From Verrucomicrobiia bacterium (GTDB taxonomy: Bacteria; Verrucomicrobiota; Verrucomicrobiia; Limisphaerales; UBA9464), in NCBI GenBank assembly GCA_019634635.1, contig JAHCBB010000006.1:115211-179210 (forward strand): DNA of 64,000 nt. The letters are read 5' to 3'. The translations under genes were made by a program, and so were the position numbers. Under the pieces are notes generated by a model. That model saw only the letters and a program-made list of their open reading frames with translations. It ran no database searches and was not told the DNA's origin. Shown piece by piece: positions 27,199-38,059 of this stretch; the stretch's first letter is position 1; each line of letters begins with the position of its first letter.

Positions 27199-27237
27199 AA
27201 AGCGGTGGAGGGCCGCCGCACTCCACGGCGCTCCGCG
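27199..27237 (-). repeat. solitary inverted REP-like element (variant of hairpin A) at the array edge
   Basis: aaagcggtggagggccgccgcactccacggcgctccgcg closely matches the reverse complement of hairpin-A regions (aaagcggtagagggctaccgcactccacgacgcttcgcg). It lies 17 bp from the tgt stop. Confidence 0.8.
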
Positions 27238-27253
27238 CATTCCCGCCTCCAGT

Positions 27254-28438
<1,185 letters not shown>

Positions 28439-28561
28439 TCAACGCAATGTGCCTCCGTGCCGCCCGAAGGGCGGACCAAAAATCGTGCTGGGACGACAAC
28501 TCGGGGTTGACTTTCCCGCGACACGGGGCTGACTGTATGGCAGTTCACACACAATTACGTC

Positions 28562-29392
28562 ATGATTGCTTCCCTCAGAACTTCGATCCGCCCACGGGTT
28601 CGCTCGGGTTTCACCCTGATCGAGCTCCTCGTGGTCATTGCCATCATCGCGATTCTCGCCGGCATGCTCCTGCCGGCCCTGGCCAAGGCGAAAACCAAGG
28701 CGCAGGGCATCATGTGCATGAACAACGGCAAGCAGTTGATGCTCGCTTGGAAGCTGTATTCGGGGGACCACAATGACGTTCTGGTTTCCTCGCTGACGAT
28801 GAATCCGAATCCATTGCGCCGGGTGATCTGGATTGAAGGCAACCTGGATTTCACAAGCCGGGACAATACCAACAACCGCTTCATCACCAACGGGCCGCTG
28901 TTCAAGTATGCCGGGGGGTCGTTCGCCGTGTACAAGTGTCCGGCCGATCGGGCCGCGAACGGCAAGATCGCCCGGGCCCAGAATGCGACGCCGCGCATTC
29001 GCAGCATCTCGATGAGTCAGGTGTTCGACTTCGGTGGCTGGTTGCCTGCAGCCCGGTATCGGACCTACGAGCGTGACTCCGACATCGTCAATCCAGCGCA
29101 GACCTTCGTCTTTGTGGATGAACATCCCGACAGCATCAATGACGCGGCTTTCGCGGTTCAAATGGTGGAGGATGACGCCCGCACTGGAAACATCATTGAC
29201 ATGCCCGCTGCCTACCACAACGGCGCCGCCGGATTCGCCTTCGCCGACGGCCACTCGGAGGTCCACCGCTGGGTGGGAAGTGTGATCAAGCCTCCCGTCC
29301 GGTACAACGGACAGGTGGCGTTGAACATTCCCGCGGGGAATTCGCTGAATGATGCGAAGTGGATGTCGCGAAACACGACGGTACGCCGGTGA
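28562..29392 (+). CDS. prepilin-type N-terminal cleavage/methylation domain protein (DUF1559-like, H-X9-DG motif)
   Basis: 276 aa. [34 protein letters not shown]-terminal [21 protein letters not shown]. Confidence 0.85.
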   Translation: MIASLRTSIRPRVRSGFTLIELLVVIAIIAILAGMLLPALAKAKTKAQGIMCMNNGKQLMLAWKLYSGDHNDVLVSSLTMNPNPLRRVIWIEGNLDFTSRDNTNNRFITNGPLFKYAGGSFAVYKCPADRAANGKIARAQNATPRIRSISMSQVFDFGGWLPAARYRTYERDSDIVNPAQTFVFVDEHPDSINDAAFAVQMVEDDARTGNIIDMPAAYHNGAAGFAFADGHSEVHRWVGSVIKPPVRYNGQVALNIPAGNSLNDAKWMSRNTTVRR

Positions 29393-29451
29393 TTCCCTCC
29401 TCCTCCCCGCCCTCTGGCCGGGGAGAGGCGCCTGGGAGGTGAACGAATTCA

Positions 29452-29484
29452 CTGCCGCCCCTGTGGGCGGCAGTTTCGTTTTTT
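29452..29484 (+). terminator. rho-independent terminator
   Basis: ctgccgccc-ctgt-gggcggcag forms a perfect 9-bp stem, followed by tttcgtttttt. It lies 60 bp after the stop at 29392. Confidence 0.7.
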
Positions 29485-29487
29485 GCC

Positions 29488-30450
29488 GTGGTCCCATCCC
29501 ATCCCTATCGGCGACGGGCCGCACAGATCCTCGTGCTTTGTTGCGCGGTCTGGGCGGTCAGCTTTCCCGCGATGAAGTCGCTCGAGATGATCGGGCGCCT
29601 CCGCGCCCCGGGGAACGACAGTCACTTCTTCGCCGCGTGGTGCGTCTGCCTTAGGTTTGCCGCCGCGGCCGTCCTGCTGCTGCTGGTGGCCGGCCGTTCC
29701 CTCAGCGGGTTGACCCGCAGCGAGGTGACCCAGGGGGTGGGCCTGGGCATCCTGGGAAGCCTCGGACTGCTCCTCCAGATGGATGGAATGGCCTACACCC
29801 GGGCCTCCACGTCGGCGTTCCTCACGCAGGGTTATTGCGTGTGGCTGCCGTTGTGGGTGACGCTGCGCCACCGTCGCCGACCCTCCCTCGCCGTGCTCGC
29901 CGCCTGCGGCATGGTGCTGGGCGGCGGCGCCATCCTCGCCGGGGTGGACTGGGGCCATCCGCGGCTGGGCCGCGGTGAATGGGAAACGTTGGCCGCGTCG
30001 GTCGCGTTTGCGGGGCAAATTCTGTGGCTGGAGCAACCCCGGTTTCGTGGCAACCGGGTGTTGCGCTTCAGCCTCGTGATGTTTGCCACGGTTGCGCTGA
30101 GCGTTTTGCCGGTCGCCCTCTGGAGCGTCCGCCAGGCATCGGACCTCGCCGTCGTGTACTCCAGCGGACCGGCCCTCGTGCTGATGGCGGTGCTGGTCGG
30201 GCCCTGCACCCTCCTGACCTTCCTGCTGGCCAACCGTTGGCAGCCGGAAGTGCCGGCGACCGAGGCCGGCCTGCTCTACGCTTCCGAGCCTGTCTTTGCC
30301 GCCGTCCTGGTCCTCTTTCTTCCGGGGCTGATCTCCCGGATGTCGGGCATTGAATACCCCAATGAACGCCTGACCTGGAATCTGGCGGTCGGCGGCGGAC
30401 TGATCCTCGCGGCCAATCTCTGGCTGCAACTTGGACGGAAGGGTGGATGA
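29488..30450 (+). CDS. DMT superfamily (EamA-like) transporter
   Basis: 320 aa, about 10 hydrophobic spans in two similar halves. GTG start as in the track; the start is uncertain. Confidence 0.7.
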   Translation: MVPSHPYRRRAAQILVLCCAVWAVSFPAMKSLEMIGRLRAPGNDSHFFAAWCVCLRFAAAAVLLLLVAGRSLSGLTRSEVTQGVGLGILGSLGLLLQMDGMAYTRASTSAFLTQGYCVWLPLWVTLRHRRRPSLAVLAACGMVLGGGAILAGVDWGHPRLGRGEWETLAASVAFAGQILWLEQPRFRGNRVLRFSLVMFATVALSVLPVALWSVRQASDLAVVYSSGPALVLMAVLVGPCTLLTFLLANRWQPEVPATEAGLLYASEPVFAAVLVLFLPGLISRMSGIEYPNERLTWNLAVGGGLILAANLWLQLGRKGG

Positions 30451-30636
30451 GACCGGGGTCCGGCTCCGCCGCGACCCCTCCGGTTTCGCTGTTCCCGGGA
30501 AGAACGACCGGGCTGCGATCCAACCGGACCGTCATGTCTGTGACGGGAGGGGGTTGAGCGATGCGCCCGGGGCCACGTCAAGAAAATGCCTTCCCATCCG
30601 GGCGAGACTTCCCTGACGCTGGGCCCCGTTTCGCGT

Positions 30637-31524
30637 ATGTTTTCCGGTACGTTCACGGCCATCGTCACCCCGTTCCGTCGCGGCCTCCTCGATGAGGAGG
30701 CCCTCGGACGGTTGATCGAAGCCCAGGTCCGCGGTGGCGTGGATGGGATCGTTCCGGTGGGCACGACCGGGGAGTCCCCCACGCTGGATTGCGAGGAGCA
30801 CATCCGGGTGGTGGAGCTGTCGGTGCGGCATGCCGCGGGCCGGATCCGGGTCATTGCAGGCACTGGCGGCAATTCCACGCGCGAGGCCATTGATCTCACG
30901 CGGCGCGCGGAGGCCGTGGGTGCGGATGCCACGCTCCAGGTGGCGCCGTATTACAACAAGCCCACGCAGGAAGGGTTGTTCCAGCATTTCAAGGCGGTCG
31001 CCGGGAGCACGGGCCTGCCGGTGATGCTGTACAGCATCCCCGGGCGGTGTGGCGTGGAGATCGCCGTGGACACCGTGGTCCGCCTCGCCGGGGCGTGCCG
31101 AAACGTGGTGTCCCTGAAGGAGGCCGGAGGGTCGTGTGACCGGATCAGTCTGCTGAAGGCCGCGTTGCCGGACCGTTTCTCGCTGCTGAGTGGCGATGAC
31201 TCGCTGACCCTCCCGTTCATGGCCGTTGGCGCGAGGGGCGTGGTGAGCGTGGCGTCCAATGTCGCCCCCCGACAGGTGTCGGCGATGGTGCGCCGGTTCC
31301 TGGAGGGCGACGCCCGGGGGGCCGCCCGGATTCATGCCCGGCTGTTTCCGCTGTTCCGCAATCTGTTCGTCGAGACCAATCCCGCCCCGGTGAAGTCCGC
31401 CCTGGAGACGCTCGGATTCCTCCGCGATGGATTGCGCCTGCCGCTCGTGCCGGTCAGCGCCGAGAACCGGCGGTTGATTCGCAGGACCCTCCGTGAGACG
31501 GGCGTCCTTCGCGGCGCGCGCTGA
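30637..31524 (+). CDS. dapA: 4-hydroxy-tetrahydrodipicolinate synthase
   Basis: Start set at ATG 30637 (MFSGTFTAIVTPF). Contains GIVPVGTTGESPTL, APYYNKPTQEGL and KEAGGS. Confidence 0.9.
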   Translation: MFSGTFTAIVTPFRRGLLDEEALGRLIEAQVRGGVDGIVPVGTTGESPTLDCEEHIRVVELSVRHAAGRIRVIAGTGGNSTREAIDLTRRAEAVGADATLQVAPYYNKPTQEGLFQHFKAVAGSTGLPVMLYSIPGRCGVEIAVDTVVRLAGACRNVVSLKEAGGSCDRISLLKAALPDRFSLLSGDDSLTLPFMAVGARGVVSVASNVAPRQVSAMVRRFLEGDARGAARIHARLFPLFRNLFVETNPAPVKSALETLGFLRDGLRLPLVPVSAENRRLIRRTLRETGVLRGAR

Positions 31525-31554
31525 TCCGCACGCCCCGTCGCGGGTCGCGCCAAG

Positions 31555-31582
31555 AAAACACCCCGCCTCGGCGGGGTGTTTC
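31555..31582. terminator. bidirectional intrinsic terminator between convergent dapA and a lipoprotein gene
   Basis: aaaaca-ccccgcc-tc-ggcgggg-tgttt. A GC-rich stem flanked by an A-run and a T-run. Confidence 0.6.
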
Positions 31583-31639
31583 GACGGCTCGTCAGGGGAG
31601 GGGCCCCCGGACCGTGGATCAGTCAGCCCTGGAATCCCG

Positions 31640-31996
31640 TCAGCGAACGCGGGAGCTTGCGGCTCCGATGAGCTGCTGGACCGAATCGGCTTGAGGTGCC
31701 GTCAATCCCGGGATCCTTGAAAGCTTCTGCAGGGACGCGAGGGCCCCCGAGTAGTCCCTGGAAGACAGCGCTGAAACCACGCTCTGGACGAGCTGGTTGG
31801 AGGGAATGTCCGCATTCCTGAACGCCGCGACCAGGGCCGCAGTGTCCAATCCGGCGGCGGGTGCTGCGGGTGCTGCGGGTGCCGGAGCCGTGGTGGAATC
31901 GGCGGTGGCCGGGGCATCCTTGTGGGAGCCGGAATGCTGGCAGCCAGCCACGAGGACGACAGCCGCCAGCAGGGAGGGGATCAAGACAAGCTTCAT
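31640..31996 (-). CDS. small lipoprotein, function unknown
   Basis: Start set at ATG 31996 (MKLVLIPSLLAAVVLVAGCQ, lipobox). A Pro/Ala-rich linker precedes a ~70-aa helical domain. Confidence 0.55.
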   Translation of the reverse strand: MKLVLIPSLLAAVVLVAGCQHSGSHKDAPATADSTTAPAPAAPAAPAAGLDTAALVAAFRNADIPSNQLVQSVVSALSSRDYSGALASLQKLSRIPGLTAPQADSVQQLIGAASSRVR

Positions 31997-32127
31997 GGTG
32001 CGCGAATGGGTGGAACTGCGTGTCACTGAGTAGGATTGAACCACATTTGACAGAACGTCAACAACGGTTGCTCCGCCCCGAAATTGGCATTGGTGGCGCG
32101 GTGTGCCGTCGGTAGGCTGTCGCGGAC

Positions 32128-32949
32128 ATGAGTTCCATTGCTGCCGACGCGACCATGGCGGTCTTCCTGGATCTGGAGAACATCGCCCTGGGTGCCCGCG
32201 ACGCCCGGTACCCCCGGTTCAGCATCCAGAGGGTGTTGGAGCGCCTGCTGCTCAAGGGACACATCGTCGTCAAGAAGGCGTACTGCGACTTCGATCGCTA
32301 CAAGGAATTCAAACGCGACCTGCACGAGGCGGCCTTCGAGCTCATCGAAATCCCCCATCTGCGCATGTCCGGCAAGAACTCGGCGGACATCCGGATGGTC
32401 GTGGACGCCCTGGACCTTTGTTACACCAAGGGCCATGTGGACACCTTCGCCATCATCAGCGGCGACTCCGATTTCTCCCCGCTGGTGAGCAAGCTGCGGG
32501 AGAACGCCAAGAAGGTGATTGGCATCGGGGTGAAGCAGTCCTCGTCCGACCTCTTCATCAACAACTGTGACGAGTTCCTGTACTATGACGATCTGGTGCG
32601 GAAGGACACGGTGCGTGCGCGCCAACGGACCGTGGGTGCGCCCCCGGTGCCGGGCGAACCGGCACCCGCGCGGATCGTTCCCGAGGAACCCAAGGGACCG
32701 CCGTTGATTGATGCGCTCGAGCAGGTGGTGGTGACCCTGGAGGCGTTGACGGAGGAGCGGGAGGGGGATGACCCGATCTGGGGCTCGATGGTCAAGCAGG
32801 CCATCAAGCGGCGGAACCCGGGATTCAACGAACGCGCGTACGGCTTCAAGTCGTTCAACGACCTCCTGCTGGATGCCCAAAAGCGCAATCTGGTCGTGCT
32901 GGAGTCCGACGAGAAGTCGGGCGGTTACACGGTGCGACTGGCGGAGTGA
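32128..32949 (+). CDS. NYN (LabA-like) nuclease domain protein with C-terminal OST-HTH/LOTUS domain
   Basis: 273 aa. AVFLDLENI, KNSADIRMVVDALD and IISGDSDFSPLVSKLRE form the NYN core. The C-terminal WGSMVKQAIKRRNPGFNERAYGFKSFNDLLLDAQ is OST-HTH-like. Confidence 0.8.
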   Translation: MSSIAADATMAVFLDLENIALGARDARYPRFSIQRVLERLLLKGHIVVKKAYCDFDRYKEFKRDLHEAAFELIEIPHLRMSGKNSADIRMVVDALDLCYTKGHVDTFAIISGDSDFSPLVSKLRENAKKVIGIGVKQSSSDLFINNCDEFLYYDDLVRKDTVRARQRTVGAPPVPGEPAPARIVPEEPKGPPLIDALEQVVVTLEALTEEREGDDPIWGSMVKQAIKRRNPGFNERAYGFKSFNDLLLDAQKRNLVVLESDEKSGGYTVRLAE

Positions 32950-33039
32950 TTCCGCGGAATGGGGGACGCCGGACCCGATGCCATCGGCCCGTCGGCCTTA
33001 CAGCCAACCGCACCGCACCGCACCGCACCGGACTTGGCC

Positions 33040-35538
33040 TCAGGCGAGGATGCGTCGGCGGTCCGGATCGTACCAGGGGCGGAGCGCCACCCGGGCCGGA
33101 ATTCTGGACCCGTTGAGCAACACCTCGTAACGCCCGGCCAGCACCCAGTCCGCGGATGCGGCATCGCCGTCGGGATGCTTCACATACCCCATGGCCACCG
33201 ACGCGCCCACGGTGTGCCCGTAGGCGCCGCTGGTCGTGTAGCCCACCGTGCGGCCCTCGCGGAGAATGGGTTCGCTGCCCCAGAGCACCGGCTCCGGATC
33301 CTCCAGCGCGAAAAGGGCGAGGCGCCTCGAAACTCCGGACCGGCGCTGCGCCTCGAGGGCGTCCCGTCCCATGAATCCTCCCGGCTTGTCCCAGGCCACC
33401 GCGAATCCCAATCCGGCCTCCAACGGTGTCTCGTCGGGCGACAGCTCGGCCCCAAAAGCCCGATACCCCTTCTCGATCCGAAGCGACTGGATGGCGAAAT
33501 GACCGGCATCCGCGATCCCCAGGTCCTGCCCGGCCGCCCACAGGACGTCGTAGGCCGGCAGGGTCTGCTCCACGGGCAGGTGCAGTTCCCAGCCCAGTTC
33601 GCCCACGTAGGTCACCCGCAGGGCGTGAGCGGTGGCGGAACCCACCCCGATCACCCGGGCGGTGCCAAACGGAAACGCGCCCGGGGAAAGGTCGGCATCG
33701 GTGACCCGCGCCAGAAGGGTTCGCGCGGCCGGACCCATCACCCCGATCACTCCAGACGCCGCCGTGACGTCGAGAATCTCGACCCGCTCCCCGGGAAGTC
33801 GGTGCCGCAGCAACCAGTCCTGATCCCGTCGCGCCTGGGTCGTGCCGGTGACCCATTGGAACGTCTCGGATGCCAGCCGCACCACGGTCAGGTCGCTTTC
33901 AAACCCTCCGCGGTCGTTGAGCATGGCCGTGTACACCAGGCACCCGACGGGAACGTCCACCCGGTTGGCGCAGAGGCGGTTCAGGAAGGCGGCGGCATCC
34001 GGACCGGAGACGCGCAGCTTGCCGAATCCGCTCTGGTCGAACAGGGCGACGCCCTCGCGGGCCGCACGATGTTCCGCCGCGTGGTTGCCAAACCAGTTCT
34101 GGCGGCCCCAACCGTATTCGGTGCGGGGCAGGGCGGCCCCGGTGTCCGCACGGGCAAACCAGTTGGGACGCTCCCAGCCCGCCTTCACCCCGAAGCAGGC
34201 GCCGTGGGCGGCGAGGCGTTCATGGAGCGGACTCAAACGCACGTGGCGCGCGGTCTCCGGCTCCCGGTTGGGCCAGGCCATCTGGTAATGTAACCCGAGG
34301 ACCTCGACGACCCGGGCGCGCAGGTAATTGCGGTTGTTCGCCCAGGGGCCGAAGCGGCGGACGTCCACGCTCCACAAGTCCATGCCGGGCTGGCCTTCGA
34401 GCATCCATTCCGCAAGGCATTTGCCGGCGCCGCCGGCACTGGCGATGCCGACGGAATTGAACCCGCAGGCGACGAACAGACCGCGCAATTCGGGGGTTTC
34501 ACCGAGCAGGAACTGGTTGTCCGGGGTGAAGCTTTCCGGCCCGTTGACGAAGCGCTCGAAGCCCGAGGTCGCGAGTGCCGGAATGCGGTGCCTCCCGTTG
34601 GCGAGGGGGACGGAGAATTTTTCCCAGTCCGGCTCCAGGAGCTGGAAGGAGAAGCCGGGCGGCACGGCGTCCACAGCCCATGGTTTTGATTCGGCCTGGA
34701 AGGCCCCCAGCATCACCGAACCGCCCTCGCCCCGAAAATACAGGCAGAGGTCCGGGTCGCGTCCCACGGGCAGCTCATCGAAGGCCCCCGGAATCGGATG
34801 GCTGACGACATAATGATGTTCCACCGGATGCAGGGGCAGGCTCACGCCGCAGCGCAGCCCGAGTTCGCGTGCCCACATTCCGCCGGTGAGCACGACCCAT
34901 TCGGCGGTGAGGGTGCGGACCTCCGTGGCGCCATTTGGGTCACTGGAAGCCGGCACCTGCACTCGGACGCCTTCCGCCCGGCCGTTGCGGTGGAGGATGT
35001 CGAGGACGCGGACGCCCTCGAACACCCGGGCCCCGCGGGAACGGGCCCCAAGGGCCAGGGCCGTCACCACCTCCCTCGGGATCACCTTGCCGTCATGGGG
35101 AAGCCAGGCGGCGCCCAGGAGATCCTCGTGGCGGATGAGGGGCCATTTTTCGAAAGCCTCTGCGGGGCTGATCAGATGGGATTCGACCCCAAAGTACGCC
35201 GCCATGGCGCAGGTGCGGTGCAATTGCACCATGCGATCCCGGGATTTTCCGAGGATCAGGCTCCCCACCTGCTTCCAGCCCACCGGGTGGCCGGTCTCCC
35301 GTTCGAGGCGTGCGTAGAGTTCGGCGCTGTACTTGTTGATGGCGGTCAGGCTGGTCGAGGTGCGCAGGCGGCCCACGAGGCCGGCGGCGTGCCAGGTGGT
35401 GCCGCCGGCGAGCGCGCCCTGTTCGAGCAGGACCACCTCGCGCACCCCAAGGGCGGTCAGATGGTAGGCGACGCTGGCCCCGGCGATGCCGCCGCCGATG
35501 ATGATGACGCGTGTGGAGGACGGAAGTTCCGAAGCCAT
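33040..35538 (-). CDS. FAD-dependent oxidoreductase fused to a GcvT-type aminomethyltransferase domain (dimethylglycine/sarcosine dehydrogenase-like)
   Basis: Start set at ATG 35538 (MASELPSSTRVIIIGGGIAGASVAYHL). The C-terminal half has the GcvT folate-binding layout (FDQSGFGKLRVSGPDA..., LRIEKGY). Confidence 0.85.
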   Translation of the reverse strand: MASELPSSTRVIIIGGGIAGASVAYHLTALGVREVVLLEQGALAGGTTWHAAGLVGRLRTSTSLTAINKYSAELYARLERETGHPVGWKQVGSLILGKSRDRMVQLHRTCAMAAYFGVESHLISPAEAFEKWPLIRHEDLLGAAWLPHDGKVIPREVVTALALGARSRGARVFEGVRVLDILHRNGRAEGVRVQVPASSDPNGATEVRTLTAEWVVLTGGMWARELGLRCGVSLPLHPVEHHYVVSHPIPGAFDELPVGRDPDLCLYFRGEGGSVMLGAFQAESKPWAVDAVPPGFSFQLLEPDWEKFSVPLANGRHRIPALATSGFERFVNGPESFTPDNQFLLGETPELRGLFVACGFNSVGIASAGGAGKCLAEWMLEGQPGMDLWSVDVRRFGPWANNRNYLRARVVEVLGLHYQMAWPNREPETARHVRLSPLHERLAAHGACFGVKAGWERPNWFARADTGAALPRTEYGWGRQNWFGNHAAEHRAAREGVALFDQSGFGKLRVSGPDAAAFLNRLCANRVDVPVGCLVYTAMLNDRGGFESDLTVVRLASETFQWVTGTTQARRDQDWLLRHRLPGERVEILDVTAASGVIGVMGPAARTLLARVTDADLSPGAFPFGTARVIGVGSATAHALRVTYVGELGWELHLPVEQTLPAYDVLWAAGQDLGIADAGHFAIQSLRIEKGYRAFGAELSPDETPLEAGLGFAVAWDKPGGFMGRDALEAQRRSGVSRRLALFALEDPEPVLWGSEPILREGRTVGYTTSGAYGHTVGASVAMGYVKHPDGDAASADWVLAGRYEVLLNGSRIPARVALRPWYDPDRRRILA

Positions 35539-35630
35539 CGGCGGCCGGCAATACCGGACCGCGGGAGTTCCGGCCATCCCGAATTCAGGGCACCGGTCCT
35601 CCGTGGCCGCTGCTCCGAACGTCGGCCCGG

Positions 35631-36638
35631 CTACTTTTCGAGAAATTTCACCACCGCCTCGGTGCGGGTGTGGACGCCGAGCTTGTTGAAGACGTGCTTC
35701 AGGTGGGTGTGAACGGTCAGCGGACTGATCTGGAGGGTGGCGGCAATCTCCTTGTCACGCAGCCCGCGCTGAATGCAGGTGAGGATTTGACGTTCCCGCC
35801 GGGTGAGACCCCCAAAGTCCGAGTCCTCCGCGGCATGCGGTGCGAACAGATTCTGGAAGTAGCGCCGCACGCCGCGGATCCCCGTCGCCGGTTCGGTGCG
35901 GTCCTCACTGCGGCCACCATCGAGAGGTTCGAAGAGCGACGGCAGCATCCGTCGTCGGAGGAAGTATCCGGATTCCACACCGGACACGGCGGCAAAAATG
36001 TCGTCGCTGGTCGGGAAAATTCCGTGACCGAGGACGAGGGGCAGGTCTGCGCCGCCCCGCTGCCGCCGCAACGGGTCGGCCACGACCGAGGCCTCCATCC
36101 GGGGCACCAGCAGCAGGTCGGCATCGGGCCGATTCCGGGAATGCCGGAGCCAGGCCGTGGTGGACTGCCAACCGACGCACGTGCAGCCCGGAATCCCGCC
36201 CAGCCAGTGGATGAGCGCCCCGCGGAGGATGTCGTCGGCCTCAATCACGACGATGCGGCGCCGGGCGGCAGCGGTCGGTTCCAGGTCGGCCGTTCCGGAG
36301 CGCGTCCGGGGCAGTGTGAACAGGGTCACGTAGGTCACCGCCAGGGGTGCCTCGAGCCAGTACACCGCGAACACGAACTCCCTGGGGATCCGGGTGGCCA
36401 GGCGGGACCATCCCTGGGCGGCAACGTCGGCCTTGATTTCGTGGGCGTTGCGTTCAGCTTGCTTCAGTTCGGTGGTCCCGAGAGGCACATACCAGCGCCG
36501 GGGTGACTCCCCGACGGCGGCAAACCACTCACGGTCCCCGAGATCCCGCAGGGTTCCGGCGTACTTCCTGCGGGTCAGCCCCTCCGCGGATTCACTGCCC
36601 GACATGGGGTATTGCTGTTTGGAGCGGTGATTCTGCAT
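35631..36638 (-). CDS. LuxR-family transcriptional regulator with degenerate receiver-like domain
   Basis: C-terminal [45 protein letters not shown]. The central REC-like segment [12 protein letters not shown]...[12 protein letters not shown] has Pro where the phospho-acceptor Asp is expected. The start (36638 or 36605) is uncertain. Confidence 0.75.
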   Translation of the reverse strand: MQNHRSKQQYPMSGSESAEGLTRRKYAGTLRDLGDREWFAAVGESPRRWYVPLGTTELKQAERNAHEIKADVAAQGWSRLATRIPREFVFAVYWLEAPLAVTYVTLFTLPRTRSGTADLEPTAAARRRIVVIEADDILRGALIHWLGGIPGCTCVGWQSTTAWLRHSRNRPDADLLLVPRMEASVVADPLRRQRGGADLPLVLGHGIFPTSDDIFAAVSGVESGYFLRRRMLPSLFEPLDGGRSEDRTEPATGIRGVRRYFQNLFAPHAAEDSDFGGLTRRERQILTCIQRGLRDKEIAATLQISPLTVHTHLKHVFNKLGVHTRTEAVVKFLEK

Positions 36639-36749
36639 GGTCCGAAGTCGGCGGGCACGCCGTGTGTCTGCCGCCTCCGGACGTTACCGAAATGTGACCT
36701 TGATGTCTCCCAATACCCACCGAACGGATGCATTCCATCCACCGCATTG

Positions 36750-37579
<830 letters not shown>

Positions 37580-37583
<4 letters not shown>

Positions 37584-37963
37584 ACCGATCCAGAGGTCCG
37601 CTCCTGTCGGCGACATTCGCCACCCTGGTCGTCACCGTCGGCTTGGGCTGCTCCCGTGAAGGCACCGCACCCCCGGCTGTCCTGACGGCCGGGGAGGTTC
37701 CTGAGCGGATTGAGTCCGTCTTCGCGACCGCTCCCACTGAGGCCCGGCAGGCCGCCGTGGAATTGAGTGGCAGTCTGGAGGCCCAGCCAGCCGGGGCCTT
37801 TTTCGGGTTTCAGGAACTTTCCTATCGTCCGGACCTCACCCCCGAGCAACGCACGGCCGTTGCCCAGGCGATGATGGCTGCACGGGCGAAGCTTGAGGCG
37901 GCGGCGGCTGGCGGCGACGCCGCCGCGCGCGAGGCCCTCGAACAACAGGCCGCTCGAAAGTGA
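37580..37963 (+). CDS. small lipoprotein, function unknown (translationally coupled to the pseudopilin gene)
   Basis: The ATG overlaps the upstream stop (ATGA at 37580-37583). Lipobox TVGLGCS. 127 aa. Confidence 0.55.
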
Positions 37964-38059
37964 GCGGTCACACCCCTTTCGCCTCTGAGTGGAGGTGAGA
38001 ACGGCGGGCGCCGGCGGTGAAGATCCGTGTGTCACCCCGGCGCCCGCCACCATTTTCAG

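Noticed and set aside
25287-27226. A family of 60-130-aa ORFs on both strands across the 166-bp repeats (e.g. 25330..25614, 26337..26621, 26503..26787, 26314..26538, 26978..27226, with recurring text such as RSVVECGSPLPLSP and AQSKTWRR).
   Set aside because: The repeat period of 166 bp is not a multiple of 3, so each ORF changes register relative to the unit and ends after ~1.7 units. Both strands are equally open. Conservation follows the hairpins, not a reading frame. I treat these as a non-coding repeat.
33007-33030. Pentanucleotide microsatellite (accgc) x4.8 between the convergent NYN-LOTUS and DMGDH-like genes.
   Set aside because: It is real in the sequence, but short and located in a 3'-3' intergenic gap with no start, frame or promoter relationship. 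I found no basis for a functional claim.
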